A DNA stretch of 64,000 nt. Source: Gemmatales bacterium (GTDB lineage Bacteria > Planctomycetota > Planctomycetia > Gemmatales > HRBIN36). A program made the translations under genes and the position numbers. Position 1 is the first letter of the stretch; each line of letters starts with the position of its first letter. Shown piece by piece: positions 1 through 7,748 of this stretch. The stretch covers positions 352,001-416,000 of the forward strand of contig JBEPZY010000001.1 of the NCBI GenBank assembly GCA_041640595.1. Direction: 5' to 3'. Under the pieces are notes generated by a model. That model did no database searches, had not been told where the DNA came from, and worked only from the letters and a program-made list of their open reading frames with translations.

Positions 1-302
1 TGTCGCAAGGAGTTGCTGCTGAAAACGCGAACCTGCGTAACCTCCGGCAATCGCTGCTTTGCAATGAGCTTGTTTTCGGGACCGAACAGTTCTAAGTGCA
101 TCGAATAACGCATGCGCCCGGCTTCATCGTTTTTCAAGTTGCTAATATCAAACTGGAAATGCAAGATATCGCCAGGTAAATATTGCAAGTCTTGGCGGGG
201 TGGGCCTAACTGACCGTAGGTCGCCACCATATTGCTTATACTTGGCCCGTCCGCTTGCAGGATTACTAAGCATGCCAGATAGGTCGTTGCAAATGCTAGC
301 AT
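1..302 (-). CDS. Partial hypothetical exported protein (runs off the window start)
   Basis: Manual translation from ATG at 302 is open to the window edge: MLAFATTYLACLVILQADGPSISNMVATYGQLGPPRQDLQYLPGDILHFQFDISNLKNDEAGRMRYSMHLELFGPENKL... The N-terminus is signal-peptide-like. Absent from the ORF track because no stop lies in the window. Confidence 0.55.
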   Translation of the reverse strand, partial: MLAFATTYLACLVILQADGPSISNMVATYGQLGPPRQDLQYLPGDILHFQFDISNLKNDEAGRMRYSMHLELFGPENKLIAKQRLPEVTQVRVFSSNSLR

Positions 303-546
303 GGTTTGGCACCCAAGTAGATAGGGAGGTCAAGTCCTGGGTGGAATGTTAGTCTTGACCTAAAGCTAAGTTTGAAATGGCGAGGTCCGCTGGTTACCCT
401 TTTGATTGCCGAAAAGTACTTTCTGAGTGCAAGCAAGGAGCAGTTATACTTTGCTAGCCATGATAGCAGAATAACAGCAGCAGGCAAGCCGTGAGTAGTC
501 AGCCGGGAGACGGGGCTTTTGGGGCTGCTGGCCTATAGGAATACCG

Positions 547-1887
547 TCAGCGAGCCAGCCACTGAGCCAGGACATAAACAAAAGCTACGGCCAACAAGAT
601 GAGAGCCACAGCACAACCGGTTGATCCTGATTCAGGCTGGGCAGAATTAATGTTCGGCGCGGGCCTCGACGTTCGCGTCGGATTGCGAACGGGACCGGAT
701 ATGCTCGAGACGGCATGTGGCTGACCTGCCGATGGCTGCGGGGAACTGCTCACAGGAGTGGAGGGCGGCGACGACTGGGAAGAAGGTTGCGGGGATTGGT
801 TTTGGGTTGATGGATTAGTCGTCTGCGGAAGGTGATCAACCCACCACGGTTGAGTCCCGGTAGTTTGAACACTTTGCGTTCCTTTAGAATGCGATGGGGT
901 GGAGGGTGGTACTATGTGGTCGCCGTTCCAATCCGGTGAAACGATTATCGGGCTTTCCGGGTGAGCTGTCGGGGTTCGAACAGGAAGTTCGAAAATGCAG
1001 TCGGGAGCAGGTAACACAGCCGGACTCAGGTGGCAATACTCGGCCAGTCTTGCTGTCAGGTCCCGTACTTCGCCGGGTAGGCGTAACAAACGTTGCCAGA
1101 TAGGTGTCGCATTGGGGTTTTGAAAATCCTCGCGGCTAAAGATGAGCCGATCATCGTCATGGAATTCTTGCCAAAGCGACGGGTCATATCTCAAAGCCAG
1201 CAACGACAGATAAATGACCAGCGCGGAAAACGAATCAACGTTCGGACCGTAATAACCTTTAGCGAGCCGATTGGGGTGTTGGTAATTCGGATGCCCGACC
1301 TCATTTGGTGGATTGTTCCACAACGCAGGAATATAGATGCCGTCGTAGTCAACTAGGACAAGTTTGTCGTCTTCGGTTATTAGGATGTTGCCATGCTGCA
1401 GGTCGCCGTGGCCGATTTCGGCTTCAGCCAGTTGCTTGATCAGCTGTCGCCATTGTTCGATCCAGTTTTCCAGACGGTCCATCCGGCCGGTTACTAACGC
1501 GCTTCCAATAGCACTGTCCAGAGTTTGGCCATCTACCCACACCATTTTCACGATGGGATACCACTCGGAGTTGACGCAGATTCCTCGAGGCCGATAGCGG
1601 AACCGTACCAGACCGGTGACAGGATGCTGGCGAAGATGTTGCGAAAGCAGGCGATACCGTTCTTGGTGCGAAGTTACGGGGCGGATGAAACAACGCACAG
1701 CGTATTTCGCTTTTTTACGGGCACCGTTACTCTCCAGACAGAACACTACGGCAAAGTTGCCTGAACAAGTTATGGGCATTTCCCAGCGATCGAGAACAGG
1801 TTGACACTTGCGTAACTCGGAGTCTTGGAAGCATTGATTGCAGTCCTGCACAGCAAGTTGATAATCGGAGGGGGTGGGCCAAGGCAC
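547..1887 (-). CDS. Ser/Thr protein kinase-like protein (YegI/TerY-P triad type) with Pro/Ser/Thr/Gln-rich linker and C-terminal TM helix
   Basis: Motifs SGNFAVVF, YAVRCF, HGDLQHGNILI, LVDYDG and GHPNYQHP. GTG start with AAGGAG RBS. Hydrophobic C-terminus. Confidence 0.85.
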   Translation of the reverse strand: MPWPTPSDYQLAVQDCNQCFQDSELRKCQPVLDRWEMPITCSGNFAVVFCLESNGARKKAKYAVRCFIRPVTSHQERYRLLSQHLRQHPVTGLVRFRYRPRGICVNSEWYPIVKMVWVDGQTLDSAIGSALVTGRMDRLENWIEQWRQLIKQLAEAEIGHGDLQHGNILITEDDKLVLVDYDGIYIPALWNNPPNEVGHPNYQHPNRLAKGYYGPNVDSFSALVIYLSLLALRYDPSLWQEFHDDDRLIFSREDFQNPNATPIWQRLLRLPGEVRDLTARLAEYCHLSPAVLPAPDCIFELPVRTPTAHPESPIIVSPDWNGDHIVPPSTPSHSKGTQSVQTTGTQPWWVDHLPQTTNPSTQNQSPQPSSQSSPPSTPVSSSPQPSAGQPHAVSSISGPVRNPTRTSRPAPNINSAQPESGSTGCAVALILLAVAFVYVLAQWLAR

Positions 1888-1905
1888 GAGTTTTCTCCTT
1901 TTCAG

Positions 1906-3090
1906 TTATTTGACCGAATGGTCAACCGCATCTTGCAGCCAGCGCAATCGCGCCAAGGTTACGTCATCGTTTTTCATCCGTGACTGAGAACGCAAGTCGT
2001 TCAAAAATGTGACAATTTCTTGCCCAGCTTGGGGAAGAATGCTCGTGGCCGGGTGCTGATGACCGCGAACGCTTTGCAACTCCTGGACAATCCAGGCCGA
2101 CAGGGCATCCGTAGCCAACCAGATTTCATCTCCGGGCAAGAGTTGCCCATGCCCCAGATGGATGCACTGTTTTTTTAGGTAGCGAATATTGTAGTTGGCG
2201 TCGGTGCTCACCAGGGCAGGCGACACGCTGAAGTCCTTGGCCGTCATCCGGGGAATCATTTGCAACTGCTGTCCGCCGCGAAAGTGAAAAAGGCAATTAT
2301 CGCCGACGACTAACACCCGGTAACTGCAACCTGCGTGGCCGGTTTCCCCGGACAACACGAAATCGGCCACCAGGAGAGTTGCATGGGCACCCTGTTCGGC
2401 TTTGGCTTCGATAAACCAGGGAAGATTTTCCCAGTGCTGATGAGACCGCCACTTTTCTGCCTGCTGGTGGAGCCACTGTAAAAATTTGTGTCTGACCCGA
2501 CCGGAAACGCTTCCGGCAGTCAGGACGGTAAGGAGATCATTAGCAGCCTGGTAAGTGTCGGGACATTCCTGTGCATCCTGAGCCGCGTGGTAAGTGAGCA
2601 GTTGTGCCCACTCGGCGGAGGCATAGGAATCGCTGGCGCCATCACTGATGGCAATAGTAAGTCGGCCCGTGGATTTCCAGTTCCAGACCCGGCGATGGTC
2701 GGTACCGTAATTACTGCAATGATCCACGACGCAGTTGCAGGCATAGGCCCAGGCGTCCTCGCACTCATGAAGCTGATTGCCGAGCTTAGGCAACCGATAG
2801 ATTTCTAAATGCCAACCTTTCTTCAGCCATGTCCAAGCGGCAGGTCGTTCGGGCAATTTTTGCCGGTCACCTTGCTGGCCTTGTAACTGGGGTGAGCTAA
2901 CCGTCGCTTCAACAGACACCGAAACGGCAGGTCGTAATGGCGAGCCGGGATTTTCGGCTGGGGTAGGTCGAGTCCCCTTTTCGTCGCTCGGTAACCTGCT
3001 TTGTTGCAGCAGATTGATTTGCAGCGGATAGTATCGGGCGAATAGGGGACTATTGCGCCAGTGGAACATGCGTAGCCACGACCAGGGCAT
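1906..3090 (-). CDS. PP2C-like protein phosphatase (YegK/TerY-P triad type)
   Basis: Motifs ECEDA, AISDGAS, VGDNCLF, LATDALS and KNDDVT. Sits between the vWA and kinase genes. Start codon uncertain. Confidence 0.8.
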   Translation of the reverse strand: MPWSWLRMFHWRNSPLFARYYPLQINLLQQSRLPSDEKGTRPTPAENPGSPLRPAVSVSVEATVSSPQLQGQQGDRQKLPERPAAWTWLKKGWHLEIYRLPKLGNQLHECEDAWAYACNCVVDHCSNYGTDHRRVWNWKSTGRLTIAISDGASDSYASAEWAQLLTYHAAQDAQECPDTYQAANDLLTVLTAGSVSGRVRHKFLQWLHQQAEKWRSHQHWENLPWFIEAKAEQGAHATLLVADFVLSGETGHAGCSYRVLVVGDNCLFHFRGGQQLQMIPRMTAKDFSVSPALVSTDANYNIRYLKKQCIHLGHGQLLPGDEIWLATDALSAWIVQELQSVRGHQHPATSILPQAGQEIVTFLNDLRSQSRMKNDDVTLARLRWLQDAVDHSVK

Positions 3091-3107
3091 GTAGCGGCTT
3101 CCGGTGT

Positions 3108-3932
3108 TTAGCGAAGGTTTTTCGGGCGGGTGCCAATGTTCAGGAATCGAACGACTTCCGTCATGGGAGCGTTGAAGACGAAGCCGCGTGATCGATAAGT
3201 AACGGGCAGGTTTTCGTTTTGTGCCAGCGAGACAATATGCGGCGGCAAAATGCTGGACATGCGGAACAGTAAACGGGCATGATCGTCAGGCAGGTAAGCA
3301 TCATCTTCAGGATACAGGCAGGGCTGCGCTTTGGTTTCCGAGATGTGCAGGTTGAACAGCAAAACCTGGCCATCTTGGGTAGCCAGTTGGCGAATGGCGG
3401 TTGCTTCATCTTCCGGGTCGCCATCTGTTGGTTGCCCGTCTGTTATGTTGATCACAATAGGCGGGAAGGAGCGAGGATGTGCAGCGACCCAGTGGTTGAG
3501 AATCGCATACGCTCGCCGCAACGCTGCGCACATGGGAGTGCCATCATCGGCCACCGGCTCAACCCACACCGGGAATCGGCGTTCACGCTCCTGGTCCCGA
3601 CGTACTTCGACACGCAGAGGTGACGCAGCCAGTTCGGAAACGCGTACTAACTCCCTGCCACTCAACGCCCCGCCTAATGCCGAACCTACTATTCCCCCTT
3701 GAGCACCATAGCCGATGACGCCAATCTCGTAATAGTCGCGTACGCCTTCACGGGCATCTTTGGTGCAGCGAATGCACAAATCCATGAGCAGACGATTCAA
3801 AGCGTCGGCCAAAGCATCCGCTTTACGTCGGCCGCTTTCATCTCCTACTGGATCACTCATCGAGCCGGATTGGTCAATCAGGAACAGGAAGCAGGTTGGA
3901 TTGCTGCGGCTGATTTCTGCCTCGTAGGCCAT
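3108..3932 (-). CDS. vWA-domain protein (TerY/YegL-like)
   Basis: MIDAS motif DQSGSM, plus GTPM and NITDGQPTD. ATG at 3932 with AAGGAG RBS (ORF track extends to 3977). Confidence 0.85.
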   Translation of the reverse strand: MAYEAEISRSNPTCFLFLIDQSGSMSDPVGDESGRRKADALADALNRLLMDLCIRCTKDAREGVRDYYEIGVIGYGAQGGIVGSALGGALSGRELVRVSELAASPLRVEVRRDQERERRFPVWVEPVADDGTPMCAALRRAYAILNHWVAAHPRSFPPIVINITDGQPTDGDPEDEATAIRQLATQDGQVLLFNLHISETKAQPCLYPEDDAYLPDDHARLLFRMSSILPPHIVSLAQNENLPVTYRSRGFVFNAPMTEVVRFLNIGTRPKNLR

Positions 3933-4210
3933 TGTTGTACTCCTTGTTCTTGGTTTGCTTGAATTCCGCCTGTCCAACTACTTAAACGGAAGTCGTGAAT
4001 TGTTTGTGACACAAAAGTTGCCCGGAATCGTTTGGAGGAGACGATGCAGCGGGGATACGCCTGGGAGCCGTCGTTTACGGAACTGTCATCTTTTGGTCGC
4101 TTGCTGCGTTAAACAACTGGCACATTTCGCCGCGAAAGCTGCTTTCGTGCGAACAACGACTAAGCGGGATTTCTTCAGGCAAAGGAAAGCCAGTAAGGAA
4201 GGAGCATGCC

Positions 4211-4525
4211 ATGTACTTTCTGGTGGCTTACGACATTTCCGATCCGAAACGGTTACAGCGAGTCGCCCGCTTTATGGAACGGCGTGCTTTACGCTGCCAG
4301 AAGTCGGTCTTCATGTACCAGGGTGATGTCCAGGGGGTCAGTCGCCTTTTAAACGAGGTAGTCGAGTTGCTCGATACGCAGTCCGACATTGTGCAGGTCT
4401 GGCAACTGGCGCGAGGTCAGCCCTTGACCGGTTGGTATCGCGGTCGGCCCATGCCGCTGGACCCGGCTGGCTGTGTCGTAGCAGGTAACCGTGCCGTCCT
4501 GGTCGAAAAACCCCGACGGGGCTAA
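4211..4525 (+). CDS. cas2: CRISPR-associated endoribonuclease Cas2
   Basis: MYFLVAYDISDPKRLQRVARFM...CQKSVF signature, 104 aa, GGAG RBS. Confidence 0.92.
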   Translation: MYFLVAYDISDPKRLQRVARFMERRALRCQKSVFMYQGDVQGVSRLLNEVVELLDTQSDIVQVWQLARGQPLTGWYRGRPMPLDPAGCVVAGNRAVLVEKPRRG

Positions 4526-4564
4526 GGGGATTCGACCCTCGCTAATCATGTTTAGCGGCTATTT

Positions 4565-4854
4565 GTGCGAGATGACAGCGGGTTACTTTCTACGCGGGCC
4601 TACGGATACGGTCACGAAGGCAGTCATCCATGGAATCGCCCAGCTCCGTTACTCCCGTAAGTCGGTATAGCTCCCGCGGTGCAACCCGAGCGCTTCTCGA
4701 GGGTTGCTGCGCATGGATTTTCCTGACCCGGTCTCGCGTTCCTACGAAACCAATCAAGCACCGGTTGGCGCCATTGAAAGGGGCCCCGATAGCTGGTGCA
4801 GAAACAGCGTCGCGGGTAGGAAAATTTTTGTCACATCGAACGGTCATCTTGCGT
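4565..4854 (+). ncRNA. Candidate structured RNA between cas2 and the RT gene
   Basis: Nested stems read directly: 4567-4576/4843-4852, 4626-4632/4712-4718, 4642-4672 hairpin, 4681-4687/4701-4707, 4718-4730/4813-4824 and 4758-4766/4791-4799. No credible ORF. Expression is not shown. Confidence 0.45.
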
Positions 4855-4903
4855 TATCTAGGAGGAAGGAAAGTCAACCCATCACACGAAAGGATGCCTA
4901 GCC

Positions 4904-6556
4904 ATGCCAGCGATGAACGGCCAACCAGTGATTGAGGTGTTACCACGGGTTTATCGGAGTATTCCCGCTCCCCAGCGAGCTCTGGAAGAGCTGCAGGCAG
5001 AGCTTTACGCAGAGGTACGGGCGAAAGGTCGGCCCGTCGGCCAACTGGTAACTGCTCTGCTCGACCGCCGCAACTTGTACGCTGCCTGGCGATTTGTCCG
5101 GAATGCCGATGGTGCTGACACCCCGGGGCCGGATGGCCTGACTTGCAAGGACCTGGAACAATCGGCGGATTCCGGGGATGCTTTGCATCGCTTGTTCGAA
5201 CAGATTAGCCGGGACATACTTGATGGCCGTTATTGTCCGCAACCGCCGCGCTGGGTAGAGGTTCCCAAGCCTAATGGTGGTACTCGGCGTTTGGGCATCC
5301 TGACGGTGCGGGATCGCCTTGTGCATGCCGCTCTCAAAAACGTTCTCGAACCTATCCTGGAGCCGATTTTTACTTCCGCCAGCTTTGGTTTTCGACCGGG
5401 GAGAAGCACCACTGCTGCTTTGCTGGCGGCCATTAGATGGGCCGGCCCAGATGATCACGGCCGGCTCGTTTATCCCTATGCCATGCATCTGGATATCGAG
5501 GACTGTTTCGACACCATAGACCACCAGCATCTGTTCAGCGCCCTTTCCGAGCATGTTGCCGATGCTATCGTCCTGAAGCTTCTTCGCAAGCTGTTGGAAG
5601 CCTGTGCCCATTCGGTGCGTCGCTGGTTTCGCACTTACTACGTTGGGCTGTTGCAGGGAAGTGTGCTTTCGCCGCTTTTATGCAATTTGGCTCTGCACTC
5701 CCTCGACAAGGTTATGCTCAACATGCGCAGCGCCACCCAGAAGGGTATCGCTTATTTCCGTTATGCGGACGACTTACTCATCCTGGCTCGCAGCGAAGAG
5801 CTGGCAGTCAAGGCTTTTCGTTCTGCCAGCGCTTTTTTGCAGAGCATCGGACAGCGCTTCAAGGCCCGCAAACCGGAAATCGCTCTCCTCACTCGCGGTG
5901 TCGAATGGCTTGGCATGCGTATCTGCGTCACCGTCAATCCCTGGACCTCGAAACTTCAGCCCGGTTACTACATTCCAGATGCCTGTGTGGCCGAGATGGT
6001 CCAACGCCTTCAGGAAATGACCGTTCCTCCCAGTGCTAAGCTATCGGAGCAAACCTTCGACCTCCGCCAATGGATCATATCTATCAACCGGCAGTTGCAA
6101 GGCTGGCACAATGCCTATCAATACGCCGAGAATTTTTACCAGGTGGCCCGTACACTCGATGACGTTGTTCAGCAGCGGTTCGAAGAGCTTCTGATGGCTG
6201 TCACCGGCAAAGGGCGTCAGTACGTACGGGGCACTTATCGGGTTCGTTTGCCCCGCGGATTCACGACTTGGCAGGTAGATGGGGAGCAGTTGCTGGTGCT
6301 ATCGTCCAAGCCGCCGCATTTCCCCAATCCGAAACTGCTCTACCAACGACCCGCCTGGATGCGTGCTCCGCAGAACGCCATCCTACCGCAAGCCAACGCT
6401 GGCCAGACGCCATTCTGGTTGAACAATTTGCCTCAGCAGGCTCTGCCTCAGCCGCAAGCCCAACCGCCGAATGCCTTTGCTAACCCTCAGGATACCACAA
6501 ATCAACCTGGGCCCCCCACAGGAACTAATCCGGCCACCGGTCAGCACAATCCCTAA
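4904..6556 (+). CDS. CRISPR-associated reverse transcriptase (group II intron-like RT/maturase, not fused to Cas1)
   Basis: RT0 (NLYAAW..TPGPDG), PKPNGGTRRLGI, SFGFRPGRS, LDIEDCFDTIDH, LQGSVLSPLL, catalytic YADD, WLG and thumb-like GW. No HNH domain. Pro/Gln/Asn-rich tail. Located between cas2 and cas1. Confidence 0.92.
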   Translation: MPAMNGQPVIEVLPRVYRSIPAPQRALEELQAELYAEVRAKGRPVGQLVTALLDRRNLYAAWRFVRNADGADTPGPDGLTCKDLEQSADSGDALHRLFEQISRDILDGRYCPQPPRWVEVPKPNGGTRRLGILTVRDRLVHAALKNVLEPILEPIFTSASFGFRPGRSTTAALLAAIRWAGPDDHGRLVYPYAMHLDIEDCFDTIDHQHLFSALSEHVADAIVLKLLRKLLEACAHSVRRWFRTYYVGLLQGSVLSPLLCNLALHSLDKVMLNMRSATQKGIAYFRYADDLLILARSEELAVKAFRSASAFLQSIGQRFKARKPEIALLTRGVEWLGMRICVTVNPWTSKLQPGYYIPDACVAEMVQRLQEMTVPPSAKLSEQTFDLRQWIISINRQLQGWHNAYQYAENFYQVARTLDDVVQQRFEELLMAVTGKGRQYVRGTYRVRLPRGFTTWQVDGEQLLVLSSKPPHFPNPKLLYQRPAWMRAPQNAILPQANAGQTPFWLNNLPQQALPQPQAQPPNAFANPQDTTNQPGPPTGTNPATGQHNP

Positions 6557-6588
6557 TCCTCTGACTCTTTTCCCAGGAGGCACCCATC

Positions 6589-7617
6589 ATGGCGAAGCAC
6601 ATCACCTACGTGCAAACCCCGGTTGCCCATGTGGTCGGACCAGGCAAACTTAGGATTATCAACGGCCGCCTAGCTTTCACCACGGGCAACGGTACTCCCC
6701 TGCGCCTTGACCTCAACACTTTGCGTGCCATTTACTGCTACGGCAACGTCGGGGCAACTGATGAGGCGATACAACTGCTTTTTCAGCACGGCATTGACGT
6801 CGTTTGGCTTTCTCCAGCAGGTAACGAGTGTCGCGGACGACTCGTCCGCTACGATTCCAGCTCCGCTGCTTTGCGGATGATACAGCATCGCGTTTTGGCC
6901 CATCCACCCGCTCGACTGGAACTGGCCCGCTTCATCGTCCAGGCCAAAATTGAATCCCAAATGAAGGCCGCCAGGCATTATCAGCGCCAGGGGCTTTCTA
7001 TTGCCGGCAAATTCATCGAACAACTTCAGTCCGTTTTGGCTATGCTGCCCAGCGTGGCCTCTCTGGACGCCCTTCGTGGCTTTGAAGGACAGGCCTCCGC
7101 TCTCTGGTACGAGCTTTTCTCCCAGCTTCTTGTTCCCCCGTGGACCTTCCCTGGCCGCAACCGCAGACCACCTACAGACCCAGTCAATGCCTTGCTTAGC
7201 CTCGGCTACACCTTGCTCTTCCGCCGCACAGAGGCTAGAACCGAAGCTCACGGCTTGGAAGTCGCTCTGGGAGCTTTGCATGAATTCCGACACGGCCGAC
7301 CTTCCCTGGCCTGTGACTTTGTGGAGCCGTTTCGCGTCCCCGCTGTCGACCGATGGGTCCTGACTATTTGCAATCAACACCGCCTGCAGCCCCAACATTT
7401 CCAAAATACCCCGGAAGGTATCCGTTTGACCCCTGACATGTTTCCTCGTATCATTGCTTCGTGGGAACAACATTTCGTATCTCACGGTTTTGAACGCTCT
7501 TTGGAAAACTGCCTTCAGCAATGGATAAGCATCCTACGGTCCTGGGCGAACCGCTTGCCTGACCCCCTTTTGCCACCCCAGGACAGTGCACCCCCAGGCA
7601 ACACCGTAACTTCCTGA
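6589..7617 (+). CDS. cas1: CRISPR-associated integrase Cas1
   Basis: Motifs LRGFEGQAS, RRPPTDPVNALLSLGY, GALHE and LACDFVEPFR. GGAGG RBS. Adjacent to the array. Confidence 0.95.
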   Translation: MAKHITYVQTPVAHVVGPGKLRIINGRLAFTTGNGTPLRLDLNTLRAIYCYGNVGATDEAIQLLFQHGIDVVWLSPAGNECRGRLVRYDSSSAALRMIQHRVLAHPPARLELARFIVQAKIESQMKAARHYQRQGLSIAGKFIEQLQSVLAMLPSVASLDALRGFEGQASALWYELFSQLLVPPWTFPGRNRRPPTDPVNALLSLGYTLLFRRTEARTEAHGLEVALGALHEFRHGRPSLACDFVEPFRVPAVDRWVLTICNQHRLQPQHFQNTPEGIRLTPDMFPRIIASWEQHFVSHGFERSLENCLQQWISILRSWANRLPDPLLPPQDSAPPGNTVTS

Positions 7618-7748
7618 ACGCAAAACACTTACGTGCAAAAATGTCCTTACTGACAAAGCATCTCAACAAGCCTTTTCGTCGGGATGTCATACCGCTAGGC
7701 AGTTTCCGTTCTTATGTTCCGGCCCATTCGAGCGTTGCGCCCGCCAGA
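7618..7748 (+). promoter_or_regulatory. CRISPR leader
   Basis: Non-coding 131 bp between the cas1 stop and the first repeat. The decayed repeats are at the opposite end of the array. Confidence 0.75.

Noticed and set aside
4630..4935. 101-aa ORF (and overlapping 65/85-aa ORFs) between cas2 and RT as a second Cas2 or accessory protein
   Set aside because: No recognisable motif or RBS, it overlaps the RT start, and the region is better explained by RNA structure.
4904..6556. Diversity-generating retroelement explaining the peptide variants
   Set aside because: No template/variable repeat pair or avd-like gene was seen. The variants are not adenine-specific and lie in spacers.
4565..6588. Intact mobile group II intron
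   Set aside because: No domain V/VI-like sequence follows the RT; cas1 begins 32 nt after its stop.
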